DNA of 64,000 nucleotides from Octopus vulgaris (Eukaryota): contig OX597832.1 of the NCBI GenBank assembly GCA_951406725.2, positions 50,034,001 to 50,098,000 of the forward strand. Direction: 5' to 3'. The position numbers were made by a program, and so were the translations under genes. The notes under the pieces are model-generated. The model did no database searches, had not been told where the DNA came from, and worked only from the letters and a program-made list of their open reading frames with translations. Below are positions 25,501 to 37,969 of the stretch, in pieces (the first letter of the stretch is position 1; each line of letters opens with the position of its first letter).

Positions 25501-25964
25501 AATAATATTGTTCTGTGAATAATCTACATTCCTAATAAAATGAGATGTCAAGTAGAAAGTATTTCCAGGAAGAGAAAGTCATTTTTCTGTTTTATACACA
25601 AGATACAGAATCGCATACTTAGGCACACACATATCAATGTTGGGGAAAATGGATGATGTGATGGATTTTGTTAGGTATTGCCTTACAGCAGCCCCGTACA
25701 AAGAAAGTACAGTGAATAGCTGTCATAATGGAATTGTTTAGGGTTTCTCTCATATTGTGTTACTTGTTTTTTTTTTTTGTTGTGTTGTGTTGAAGCAGAG
25801 TGGAGGAATGGCTCTGGCTCTGACGAAATGGTAGTACAGAATGGCCCTGACGAAATTGTGGAACGGTGCTGGTATATAAGTAAAATTGTGCAATTGTTCT
25901 CTGATGAAATGGCGGGAATTGGGTTCGGCTGAAACTGATATTGGACTTGAATACCCGTTAGCTT

Positions 25965-26440
25965 CTAGGTCCCTCCACTTCCTCTTCTTCTCTCTCCGCT
26001 TCCTCCTCCTCCTCTGCCTCTTCTTCTTCCTTTCTCTTCCTCCTCCTCTCCCTCCTCTCTGCCTCTCCTTCTTCCTTTCTCTTCCTCTTCTTCTTCCCCC
26101 CTCTCCCTCCTCTCTGCCTCTTCTTCTTTCTCTTCCTCTTCTTCTCCCCCTCTTCCTCTTCTTCTCCCCTCTTCCTCTTCCTCTTCTCTCTCCTCTCTGC
26201 CTCTTCTTCCTTTCTCTTCCTCTTCTTCTCCCCCCTCTTCTTCTTCTTCCCCCCCCCTCTTCCTCTTCTTCCTCCTCTTCCTCCTCTTCCCCATCTCCCA
26301 TCTCCCTCCTCTCTGCCTCTTCTTCCTTTCTCTTCCTCTTCTTCCTCCTCTTCCCCATCTCCCTCCTCTCTGCCTCTTCTTCCTTTCTCTTCCTCTTCTT
26401 CTCCCCCTCTTCCTCTTCTTCCCCCCTCTTTCTCCTCCTC
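25965..26440. repeat. (CTT/CCT)n polypyrimidine tract
   Basis: Direct inspection; almost purine-free on plus strand. Confidence 0.95.
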
Positions 26441-26692
26441 CTCAGTGATCCTTCAGTTTTTCTAAGACCTGTAAAAGAACTTGGGTGGTTAGGCCTCCAA
26501 CCAGGCTCTTCATGACCCCCCTTAAAGCCAGGAACTTTTCAACACCCCCTCATATATCTACATACATATATGAAAACTGTTCTAGTTGTGGTCACTCCAC
26601 TCTGTTGATATGATGTCAACTTTTTGTGTTTCAGGTGAGGGGTTTCCGAACAAGTGATTTATACTTTATTGACAATGCTCCTAGGGAGTTCC

Positions 26693-27122
26693 TAGGCATG
26701 ACTGTGTGTTAAGAAGCTTGCTTCTTAACTACATGGTTCTGGGTTCAGTCCCAGTGTGGCACCCTGGGCAAGTGTCGTTTACTATAGCCTCAGGCCGACC
26801 AAAGCCTTGTGAGTGGATTTGGTAGATGGAAACTGAAAGAAGCCCACTGTATATGTGTGTTTGTGTGTATATATACACACACATATGTGTGTGTCTTTAT
26901 CATTGTGTTTGTCCCCCACCACTGTTTGACAAAGTGTAGATGTGTTTACGTCCCCATAACTTAGCAGTTCAGCAAAGAGGGACCAATAGAATAAGTACCA
27001 GGCTTTAAAAAAAAAAATTAAAAGTCCAGGAGTCAATTTGTTTGACTAAAATCCTTCAAGGCAGTTGGTGCCCCAGCATGGCCACAGTCAAATGACTGAA
27101 ACAAGTAAAAGAATAAAAGAAT
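26693..27122 (+). mobile_element. Family A SINE, full length
   Basis: A/B boxes, CORE-like segment, (AAAAGAAT) tail. Confidence 0.85.
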
Positions 27123-27619
27123 ATGTGACCATTGTAGTCAAGGAACTTTAGGGAGGGAAGAGAAGGAGGGAGAGAGGGAAGAGAGGAAGGGAGGGAATGA
27201 GAAGGGATGAAGGGGGAGAGAGTGAGAAAGAGAGAGTGAAAGAAGGGCTTCAGTTGAGTGTAAAGAGTGCTATTCTATACTTTGTATTGTGACACCATTT
27301 TAGTGAATGTTTCTCATCTACTTAAAAAGGCTGGAGAAATAGGGGATAAGCATTATACTTTAGAACCCTTAAGTTCTGAAAAGGATTAACTCCGCGCGCG
27401 CGCGTGTGTGTGTGTGTGTGTGTGTGTGTGCATGCATGCGTGCGTGTGTGTGTGTGTAGTGTTCATATGCATGCACATGTACCCAAACACAAACACACAC
27501 ACACTCACACAAGTGAACAAAGATTATTTTTATATTCCTTCCACTCGACTAGCTTCAGTCACTTGATATAGTTTTTACACAGCACTATAATTCTTTCTGC
27601 CCCTTTATCTATTTATCTA

Positions 27620-27660
<41 letters not shown>

Positions 27661-27761
27661 TATTATTATTATTATAATATTATTATTATATTATTATTAT
27701 TATAATATTATTGTTACTATTATTATTATATTATTATTATTATTATATTATTATTATTATA

Positions 27762-27799
<38 letters not shown>

Positions 27800-28020
27800 T
27801 ATTATTATTATTATATTATTATTATTATTATATTATTATTATTATATTATTATTATTATATTATTATTATTATGTTATTATTATTATTTTATTATTATTA
27901 TTATATTATTATTATTATTATATTATTATTATTATTATTATTATATTATTATTATTATTATATTATTATTATTATGTTATTATTATTATTTTATTATTAT
28001 TATTATATTATTATTATTAT
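27620..28020. repeat. (TAT)n microsatellite with periodic phase slips
   Basis: Direct inspection. Confidence 0.95.
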
Positions 28021-28439
28021 TCAGTTATTATCAAAAGCTATTGAGAACGATAGCCTCATCAAGAAATTCAATAAGACAGTCTAAACCTCAATGCAACTTG
28101 AGAAATCTTTTTATGCACACACACACACACATTGGGACATAGAGTGCAGAAGATAGAGGGGGGAGGAGTTACAAATAGTCAAGTCTGTATAGCCAGCAAA
28201 GGTACTGAGCTCTCAGGCAGAGAGCAGGGGTAGCAGTTTGTAACCTGGTCTTTACTGGCACTGTATCCATGATAATCATTTTACTCTAAATGAATTTATC
28301 CATCAAGCAGTAATTAAGTTACCGATGTCGTTTAGTCGCAAGACATCTCCAACTGAGTAAGAGCTGTGATCAAAATTGTTCTAGCCATGGCCATCCCAAT
28401 TAGTTTTCAGATAGAAGGTATCTAAGATTAAATTATTGA

Positions 28440-28915
28440 ATATTTCATTTTTGGATTTGGTTTGCAAGATTCTTTATGTGAGTTTGTGTGTTGAAGCATA
28501 TTCTGTTGTGTCTGGGGAGAGTCATTTTCTTTTTGTGCCTTATAATTTAACACACTCACCGGTAAAAATTTTTATTTTCCTAAAATTTTTGTTGCGCCTT
28601 GCAACCTTTTCAATAACCTCTTAACCCATTTCTTTATTACCCACAAGGGGCTAAACATAGAAGGGACAAACAACGACAGACATAGGTATTAAGTCGATTA
28701 CATCGACCCCAGTGCGTAACTGGTACTTAATTTATCGACCCCGAAAGGATGAAAGGTAAAGTTGACCTCAGCGGAATTTGAACTCACAACGTAACGGCAG
28801 ATGAAATACCACTAAGCATTTCGCCCGACGTGCTAACGTTTCTGCCAGCTCGCCGCCTTTTAACCACTATGCCATATACCTGTGGGCATATCGTGTAGTG
28901 GAAACAAAAAGAAGA
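28440..28915 (-). mobile_element. Family H-headed element with alternative body, interrupted by a family B SINE (28627-28860, minus)
   Basis: Head ccactatgccatatacctgtgggcatatcgtgtagtgg at 28864-28900 shared with 31400; body shared with 48860 and 63470; ttaacc on both sides of the SINE. Confidence 0.65.
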
Positions 28916-29432
28916 AACTAAATCTTAAAACATTCCTAACAATTACTTACAATGTTAATTACAACAACGAGGCCTTGATAATGTGCTTGTTTACATGCTG
29001 ACATTGTGAGGCTCTGTTTCCACATTCTCTCTGTTCCTCTTTCATCCTGAAACTTTAGAATTTATTAACCCTTTCAATCAGAGTTGCTAATTTAGCCAAT
29101 TTCTAGCTAGATCCAGCATATTTTAATTACAACGTAGCTAATGAAAATAGCCCACCTAACAGATAGCTATAAACCTAGTTAATTCTAAAAATAACATAGC
29201 GCATGCTAATTAGTTTTCCCTCATTAAATTTCTTTTTAGTTTTATTGTTTTTGTTTTAGTTTTGTTGTTTTCTTTTGTTATGGTGAAGGCCCATGGCCTT
29301 GTGGTTAGGGTATTTGGCTTGTGATTATAAAGTCATAGGTTCAGTCCCTAGACCAGCCAGAGTGTTGTGTTCTTGTGTAGGTCACATCATTTCATGTTGT
29401 TCTAGTCCAAGGATTCTCGGCCTTTTTTCTAT

Positions 29433-29848
29433 TACTCTTTACTCTTTTACTTGTTTCAGTCATTTGACTGCGTCCATGCTGGAGCACTGCCTTTAATCGA
29501 GCAACTTGACCCCGGGACTTATTCTTTTGTAAGCCCAGTACTTATTCTATCGGTCTCTTTTGCCGAACCGCTAAGTAACGGGGACATAAACACACCAACA
29601 TCGGTTATCAAGCAATGCTAGGGGTACAAACACAGATACACAAAGACACACACGCATATATATATATATATACACATATATACGATGGGCTTCTTTCAGT
29701 TTCCATCTACCCAATCCACTCACAAGACTCTGGTCGGCCCGAGGCTATAGTAGAAGACACTTGCCCAAGGTGCCACGCAGTGGGACTGAACCCGGAACCA
29801 TGTGGTTGGTAAGCAAGCTACTTACCTCACGGCCACTCCTGCGCCTAT
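29433..29848 (-). mobile_element. Family A SINE, full length
   Basis: Co-linear with consensus. Confidence 0.9.
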
Positions 29849-30048
29849 GTATGGACCCCTTTGATTGCTATTTTATTCTAGTGAACCACCATAAACATTC
29901 AACATTTACAGACTAGTTTTTTAAAAACTTCTTTCAAAATTTGTATTTTGTTTTTCACACATGAACTTGTGAAGGTTGAACTATGTAAAATGTTAGAAAA
30001 AGAAACCTCACTGTTTCTTCTAGTACATACCAACACATACATCTAAAG

Positions 30049-30546
30049 CAGGGGTTCTCAACCATTCTTTATCTATAAGCCCTTTAATTCGTGTTTCATT
30101 CTGGTGGGCCCCCCCATAACCATTTGAAGCCTGTCATATAAATTGTTTTCCCCCTAACACCATTGCTTGACAACTAATGCTGGTGTATTTATTTATGCCC
30201 CCATAATTTAGCAGTTCAGCAAAAGAGATCAATAGAATAAGTACTAGGCTTACAAAGAATAAGTCTTGGAGTCGATTTCTTCATCTAAAACCATTAAGAC
30301 AGACCTCCAGTATGGCCAAAGTCAAATGACTGTTACAAGTAACAGAATAAAAAAGATAAAAGAACTAAATTAGTTATACTTCTACAGTACACAAAATATT
30401 TTAACCAATTTTTTAAATACAATTTCTAATATGTAATTATAGGAATATAATAAGATTTTTTTAAACATTGACTAGCTATGGAGACCTACAAGTGTAAAAT
30501 AACGATTAAAGAGGTCCATAGGCAAAAAACTTGTTGAGAACCATCG
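30049..30546. mobile_element. hAT-type MITE containing a SINE fragment
   Basis: caggggttctcaac / gttgagaaccatcg termini; TSD not clear. Confidence 0.5.
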
Positions 30547-31206
30547 TCTTAGAGGAAAGTTTGCAGGAAAGCTACGAATGGGGTTGGAATTGTAGGGGTT
30601 TGATCCTCTGGGAGAAGAGTCATTGGCATAGAAACTAGGAATGGCAGGATGTGGAGATGAGATAAATTATGAGTAACAAGAGGAATAGTGATGCTTGAGG
30701 TGATAATGAACTAAATAGATCTGGGAAGAGGGTGCTTCAGGTGGGGAGAAAAATATGGCTTTGGGCCAAGTCTGAAGCAGGTCATGTGAAATCCTAAAAA
30801 AGTCGCTCTGTCATCATCTATGGTTTATCACCAATTTTCATGGGCCTGAACTATTAAGTGAACAATAGGTTACTAATCTGTAACAGGTAACTATTTTCTC
30901 ATGGCTCACCACCATCTCTATCTCTGTCTGTCTGTCTCTCCCTTCCTCCCTCTCTCCAGCTGCAGTAGCTTGAGTCAACCTGGGGCTTATAGTAGAAGAC
31001 ACTTGTCCAAGATACCACATAGTAGGTTTGAGCCTGTGTATTTGCCCTCCACCACTGCTTGATAACTGGTGTTGGTTTGTTTACATCCCATGACTTAGAG
31101 GTCTGGCAAAAAGAGTCGAATAGTCTGTGATTGTTCGTTCAACTGAATCCTTCAAGGTGGTGCCCCAGCAAGGCCACAGTCCAGTGCTTGAAACAAATGA
31201 AAAGAA

Positions 31207-31460
31207 TTATTTACATTCGACGGATATTTGTCCTCATCTTGTTCATTGTTAACACAACATTTCAGCTGATATACCCTCCATCCTTCTTCAGGTGTCTTGG
31301 GGGAAATTTCAAACCTGGGTTCTCATTCCTAAGGTATTTTTCGATGTTTACTTGGAATCGAACTCGGAATCTCGAGGTTAGTAGCCCGTGCTCTTAACCA
31401 CTATGCCATATGCCCATGGGCATATGGCTTAGTGGAAATAAAAAGAAGAAACTAAATCTT
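31207..31460 (-). mobile_element. Family H SINE with hammerhead (copy 2)
   Basis: Same architecture as 7244-7486; 22-bp perfect palindrome at head; B-box gagttcgattcc. Confidence 0.8.
31251..31296 (-). ncRNA. Type I minimal hammerhead (HHR3), stem II partly decayed
   Basis: GACAC CTGAAGA A GGATG-gagggtatat-CAGCT GAA ATGT T GTGTT. Confidence 0.6.
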
Positions 31461-31710
31461 AAGCACGTAGCCACAAATGCGTCTACATATGAAAGATAAC
31501 AGTCAAAGCCTCTTTGACCAGAGGTGTGTCCTAAAAGGGCTGAGCTGGTGCTAAACAGATACAGATATAATAACACTGGGCCCATGTGAGAGGAAAAAAC
31601 AAACTGTAGACATGTTGGTTTCAAAATATGGCTCAAGGCCAGCAATTTCAGGGGAGGGGATAAGTTGATTACATTGACCCCCATGCTTAACTGGTACTTA
31701 TTTCATTGAC

Positions 31711-31946
31711 ATATAAGGTGGCGAGCTGGCAGAAACGTTAGCACGCCGGGTGAAATGCTTAGTGGTATTTTGTCTGCGTTACGTTGTGAGTTCAAATTCC
31801 GCTGAGGTCGACTTTGCCTTTCATCCTTTCGGGGTCGATAAATTAAGTACCAGTTACGCACTGGGGTCGATGTAATCGACTTAATACCTATGTCTGTCCT
31901 TGTTTGTCCCCTCTGTGTTTAGCCCCTTGTGGGTAATAAAGAAATA
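31711..31946 (+). mobile_element. Meta-like SINE (family B), 18-bp TSD, nested in an older reversed SINE
   Basis: TSD ggtacttatttcattgac at 31693-31710 and 31947-31964. Confidence 0.9.
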
Positions 31947-32843
31947 GGTACTTATTTCATTGACTCTGAAAAGATGAAAGACAGCTGATCCCAGCAGCAT
32001 TTGTATTCAAAATGTAAAGACAGATGAAATTCTGTGAAGCGTTTTGCCCAGCTTGCTAACAATTCTGCCAGCTTGCTGTCTTACAAACTGCAGATATATT
32101 GCACAGATATCCATCAAATATTCATCTCACAAACTTGGCCGTCTGAGATTCCTCCAGTTAAGTACCAGTTGACACTGGAATACCTGTAAGGCTCAGTATT
32201 CCCTGCAGGATGGTCTACAAGAAACTTGGGGGCTCCAACCTACTTCAGAGAAAACAATGCTCATTAGAGCCTGTTTTAATTAAATTAACACCATTTCCTT
32301 CAAGCTTGGCTCGGAGAAATTTCAGAAGAACAACAGTGTAAGCTTGGATGGAGTGCCAAGTCTTTCTGGCTAATCTGATTTTCTCCATGAGTACCTTTTT
32401 GATATTTATTAAATTAGTTTAGTAATTACATTAATTTTTCTATTTCTCATGTGTCCATGTGAAGATTTTTTTTTCTGTTATTTTTTTTTTTTTCAGTTTT
32501 TGTTTAAAATCTTTTCTGCTTTTGCTTATGCAACACATACTTATGTATTTGTGTGTGTGTATGCATGCATGTGTATTTGTACGTATGAGTATATATATAT
32601 ATATATATCATCATCATGTGTCCGCTTTCCATGCTGGTATGGGTTAAACTGGAACTTGTAAGCCGGAGAGCTGTACCAGGTTCCAGTCTGATTTTGGCTT
32701 GGTTTCTATAGCTGGATACCCTTCCTAATGGCAACCTCTCCAAGAGTGTAGTGGGTACCTTTTATGTGTCACCAGCATGGGTGCTTTTTTGTGTGTCACT
32801 GGCACTGGCCAAAAATATGATATATATATATATATATATATAT

Positions 32844-33105
32844 GTGGAGGCGCATGGCTTAGTGGTTAGGGTGTCAGCACCATGATCATAAGATTGTGGT
32901 TTCGATTCCTGGACCGGGCGACGAGTTGTGTTCTTGAGCAAAACACTTCATTTCACATTGCTCCAGTCCACTCAGCTGGCAAAAATGAGTAACGCTGCGA
33001 TGGACTGGCGTCCCGTCCAGCTGGGGAACACATACGCCATAGAAACTGGGAAACCAGGCCCATGAGCCTGGCTAGGCTTTAAAAGGGCGCATTTATTTAT
33101 TATTA

Positions 33106-33110
<5 letters not shown>
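32844..33110 (+). mobile_element. tRNA SINE with CORE-like and V-like segments
   Basis: tggcttagtggtt, ggtttcgattcc, cttgagcaaaacacttc, ctgcgatggactggcgtcccgtccag. Confidence 0.8.
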
Positions 33111-33136
<26 letters not shown>

Positions 33137-33626
33137 GATGATGCATGGCCTAGTGGTTAGTGTTGTATTCACAATTGGGAGATCATGGTTTCAATTCCTA
33201 GACTTGGTGGTGCGTTGTGTTCTTCAGCAAAACACTTCATCTCGTGCTGCTCTGCAAACATCATGACACCTGATGCATGACACACAGTGCACCTGTTCGG
33301 GCAATGTCGCTTTGATGGAGGGAGGGAGCTAATGTGCCGCACATACATTTGATCACTATAAACAGATTAATTGTGCAGGTCATTTGTCAAAGAAGCTGAA
33401 CATTCATACATCATCTTCAACAGGAGAGTCCATCGTAAATGCACTTGTTTATACATAATATGCATGTGTGTGTGTGTGAGTGTTTGTGTATATGTTTCTC
33501 TAGGTATATTGATGTGTGTATATGAATGAGTATATTTACTTATGTATGTATATATGTGTACACATACATACATACACACATATATATATATATGTATACT
33601 TTATTTAAAGCAGCAGAAAATTCAAC

Positions 33627-33674
33627 AAAACCTGTTACTCTGAGTTTCACGTTGCCGTTCATCGGACAGTTTTT
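33627..33674 (-). ncRNA. Type I hammerhead (HHR4), U4C core
   Basis: aaaaaCTGT CCGATGA ACG-GCAA-CGT GAA ACT-cag-AGT A ACAGgtttt; all three stems pair, GNRA loop, GUA triplet. Confidence 0.7.
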
Positions 33675-33703
33675 GCTAGAATAGAGCCGTTCTATCGGTT
33701 CTA

Positions 33704-33737
33704 TTCTATGTTTTGAGCCTACGCTCTTCTACAGAAA
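33704..33737 (-). ncRNA. Decayed hammerhead (HHR5)
   Basis: ttt CTGTAGA A GAGC-gtag-GCTC AAA ACAT A; stem II perfect, core substitutions at A6 and G12. Confidence 0.4.
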
Positions 33738-33800
33738 GGGACACAGAAAAAACAAGGAGAGAAAAAAATGTGTGTAGTGGCTAACGATCTATCATATATA

Positions 33801-33973
33801 GAATGGTCAGTGGCAAGAGAGGAAGAGGCCGACCAAGAACCCGCTGGCTTGACACCATCAGGAGTGATACTGGAATGGACATGGCCAATCTGAAGGAAGC
33901 GGCCCAGGATAGAACTGATTGGAGGACACTAATCCAGCGAGTGACCGAGAGTTGACTTCGACTGAGCGGATAG
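33801..33973 (+). mobile_element. RTE-BovB LINE 3' end
   Basis: MVSGKRGRGRPRTRWLDTIRSDTGMDMANLKEAAQDRTDWRTLIQRVTES; close match to 11932-12074. Confidence 0.9.
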
Positions 33974-34299
33974 AGAGAGATATATATATGTATGTATGTA
34001 TGTATAAATGTGTATACTTATGTAAAGAGTGGTCAATTAGAAGATTGATTCAAACATCAGGAGAGGGCTCAATTGCAGCATCCCTTAGCTCTTTCCTCTA
34101 AGACAACAACTTCCTCTTGATGGTAAATGAAGAATGTGCTCAATGAAGCTGTGATAGAATATGATGCTTGATAATGTTGGTATTATGTCTGTATGGATGT
34201 GTGACATTTATGTGTGTGTGTGTGTGTGAATATCTATCTACATGTATGTGTGCCTGTTTGTATATTTACTCATGTATTTATATGCATGGACTGACTTAC

Positions 34300-34515
34300 A
34301 TACACACACACATATATGTGTAGGTATATATATATATATATATAGATGTATGCACGTATATATATATATATATATATATAAATATATATATATAGATGTT
34401 TGAGTACATGTGTGTATATATATTTATATGTATGCATGGGTGTATATATGTATAAAGATGGAGTAGTTTTGGTGAAGCATTTTGTACATATCTACATATA
34501 TATTTGTATCTATGC

Positions 34516-34549
<34 letters not shown>

Positions 34550-34816
34550 GTGTATGCGTATGTGTACGTGCATATGTACATATATGTATGTACTTATATA
34601 CATGTATGTATACACACACACCCAGATACACACATGCCAATACATGTACAATGTATATATGTGTATATATGTTTATACATATGTACATACATACATACAC
34701 ATAAATACATACATACATACATACATACATACGTACATAAATATGTACATACATACATACATACCAACATACATAGATACATCCATTCTTACATAAATAC
34801 ACACACTCTCTCCCTC

Positions 34817-34858
<42 letters not shown>

Positions 34859-34860
34859 TA
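34300..34860. repeat. (TA)/(TG)/(TACA)n compound microsatellite
   Basis: Direct inspection. Confidence 0.9.
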
Positions 34861-35149
34861 TCTAAACTGAAACTAACTAATTAACTAAAACCATGGCAGA
34901 ATTAAGTAGTCATTATGTCTTGCTTGATATCTCAAAATGTAATTTAACCTGATAGATTGGAATAGTCTTTTTAGATGATGCAGAAAACTGTGTTTGGACA
35001 GTTTTGTTTTTGTTTTAATTTTATGTTTTTGTTTTTGTTTTGTATAATTATTATTTATGTCTTTATTTCTTAATTTATTTTAAATAATTGTAACTGAATG
35101 TGGTAATGGCAATTTGGAAGAGTTTGGTGAAAGAGAAGTCTGGGAATAA

Positions 35150-35670
35150 GTTGAGGGAGGCGAGAAAGAAGTAGGGGCAGAGAGGGAGTAGGAGTGAGAG
35201 AGAGGGAGAGCAGTATAAACAGTGAGAGATGGAGAGAGAGAGAGAGAGAGCAGCAGCAGCAGAGATAGAGAGATCAGTAATGAGTGAGAGAGAACAGTAA
35301 AGAGAGAGTAAGAGAGCAGTAGAGGGAGGGGGAAAGAGAGCAATAAAGATAGTATTAGAAAGAAGGACGGAGCGAGAGAGAGAGAGCAGTATAAACAGAG
35401 TGGGAGAGAGAGAGAGAGAGCAGTATAAACAGAGTGGGAGAGAGAGAGAGAGGGAGAGCAGTATAAACAGAGTGAGAGATGGAGAGAGAGAGAGAGCAGA
35501 GATAGAGAGATCAGTAATGAGAGAGTAAGAGAGTAAGAGAGCAGTAGAAAAAGGGGGAGAGAGAGAAGTAGTGTGTGTGAGAGAGAGAGAGCAATAAAGA
35601 GAGTATTAGAAAGAAGGAAGGAGCGAGAGAGAGAGAGGGGGAGAGGGAGATGAAAGAAGAAATGCAGAGA
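35150..35670. repeat. GA-rich minisatellite with recurring gagcagtataaacag motif
   Basis: Motif occurs four times (about 35206, 35383, 35417, 35455). Confidence 0.8.
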
Positions 35671-35881
35671 GAAGAGAATTGTTCAACTATTTGAATCTAA
35701 AATTGGTGGTGGTCGTGTGAGTGGGGTGAGGGGGTTTCAATGGGTCTTGGTGGGGTTACAGGGCAGAAGAATTGAAGGAGCTGGTTAGGGTTCGGCTGGC
35801 GGGGGGGGAGGGAGCGAGGGCTTTGTTACGTACATTGGAGAGTGTGATGAGATGAGAGACTTGCTGTACAATATTGATCAG

Positions 35882-35918
<37 letters not shown>

Positions 35919-37117
35919 TTTGGTAGCAGAGGTAAGGTTGGTGGTGATGGTGGTGATGGTGTTGGGGTGGGGGTGGGGGAATAACACCTACTAAGGATAG
36001 AAACTCGAAGGAAACTGGATTCTATGGAGGCAGACTGCCTGTCTGTTTGATTTGTTTCAATCTCAATAGCAACATGTAAAAATATTTGAAGCGTTGGTTG
36101 TTGTTGTAGTTGCTGTTGTTGTTGCTGTTGTTACAATGAGAACATGCAGTGGAGGATTCCATTGCTATTGTTGTTCCTCTTGTTGTTGCTGTTGTTGTTG
36201 TTGTTGTTGTTGGTGGCGGTGGTGGTGGTTGGGAGTCGTATGGTTGCTGTTGCCAACAATAATTTGCTTAGCAATGGAGAGGAACTTCCCTTTCCTTCAG
36301 ACAAGTGTCAACTCGCATCCCATGAGCCATCATTTCTATTTATCCGCTGAGTGGTGTTATCTTATACTCTCCTCCTCCTCAACTTCTCTCCTCCTCCTCT
36401 CCTCCTTCCATGCCTCTTTTCCTCCCTCTCCCCCTCTTCCCTCTAATCTCCCTTATCTTATCTTCTCCCCCTTCTCCCCCCTCCTCCTCCTACCATGCCT
36501 CCCCTCCTCCTCATCTTCTTCCTCCTCGTCTCTTCCTCCTCGTCTTCTCCCTCCTCGTCTTCTCCCTCCTCCTCTTCTCCCTCCTCCTCTCCTCCCTCCT
36601 CCTCTCCTACCATGCTTCCTTTCCTCCCTCTCCCCCTCTTCCCTCTCACCTTCTCCCTTATCTTCTCTTCTTCCTCCTCCTTCCCTTCCCTCTCACCTCC
36701 CCCAATCTCCCTCTTCCCCCCTCTCCCCCCTCCCCTTTACTCCTCCATATCACCATTTTTATGACTTTTTTTAATGCTACATGGATTGTATCGAACTGAT
36801 CCGCTTTTGCATTCTGTCTCAACTTGCCACTTGTTGCACTACTTTGCCAAGTTTGCGAGGTTTGAGTTTCAGCATCTTGAGATCAGACTTCGCTGCTTCT
36901 TACATCTACCTTTAGATCTGCTGCTGGTTCCTTCCGCATCCATTGTTTGACATCTCTTTATGCTTTGCTAGTCGTCATGCACATCACAACATCACATGAC
37001 TGTTCCAGCTCGACCTTCTAGGAATAGTGGGTTGATAAGAACGATGGATAAAGTAATGAAGCCCTAGAGTTGTTTTCGTTTAATCTTAGTCAATGTTGGT
37101 CCAGCAGATTTATGATC

Positions 37118-37270
37118 AGGCATAGGAGTGGCTGTGTGGTAAGTAGCTTACTTACAAACTACATGGTTCCAGGTTCCAGTCCCACTGTGTGGCACCTTGG
37201 GCAAGTGTCTTCTACTATAGCCTCGGGCCGACCAAAGCCTTGTGAGTGGATTTGGTAGACAGAAACTGAA

Positions 37271-37307
<37 letters not shown>

Positions 37308-37544
37308 GTATGTGTGTGTATGTGTGTGTATATGTTTGTGTGTCTGTTTGTACCCCCTAACATCGCTTGGCAACCGATGCTGGTATGTTTACGTCCCCGT
37401 AACTTAGCGGCTCAGCAAAAGAGACCAATAGAATAAGTACTAGGCTTACAAAGAATAAGTCCAGGGGTCGATTTTCTCGACTAAAGGCGGTGCTCCAGCA
37501 TGGCCACAGTCACATGACTGAAACAAGTAAAAGAGTAAAGAGTA
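37118..37544 (+). mobile_element. Family A SINE, full length
   Basis: ggagtggctgtgtggt, ggttccagtccc, accttgggcaagtgtc, tail gtaaaagagtaaagagta. Confidence 0.9.
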
Positions 37545-37969
37545 TATTCTAGCTGTGACTTGTAGTAGCTTTAATTGAAACTGGTCATTATATTTACATC
37601 CAACCCACCACGAGAGCCAACTTCAACTTTTGTCTTTCTCTCCAAAGTTAGTAAAACAAGTACCAACAACATTCTGCTATTGATTCACCCCCACTCCCCA
37701 CTTACAAAAACATGGACTTGTTGCCAAGATATTTATATACCGTATTCCTCAAGTCTACTAATTCAATATCTGCAGACAGAATGAGACTGAAGTAATTAAT
37801 AACTAATGAGGGACTGAATGGAAATTAGGTTAATTTTTACTGCTGTGATTAGATGTGGACAATAACACCATTTCTGTATATGAAAAGTTTCTATTGCATT
37901 TTCCACCATTCACAAGCATCAAGTGTGTATTCATTCAACAGTTTTGTGAATCCACATACATTGATAAAG

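Larger units (their letters stand above)
33596..33800 (-). mobile_element. Small element with two tandem hammerhead motifs, in (TA)n
   Basis: Contains HHR4 and HHR5 plus an 11-bp hairpin (gaatagagccg/cggttctattc) between them. Confidence 0.6.

Noticed and set aside
24937-25518. Gly/Ser-rich 193-aa ORF
   Set aside because: Translation of a (GGT/AGT)n microsatellite
25810-25935. Three CTGAYGAAAT motifs suggesting HHR or C/D snoRNA
   Set aside because: No stem II; C and D boxes only about 20 nt apart; probably sub-repeats of an interspersed repeat
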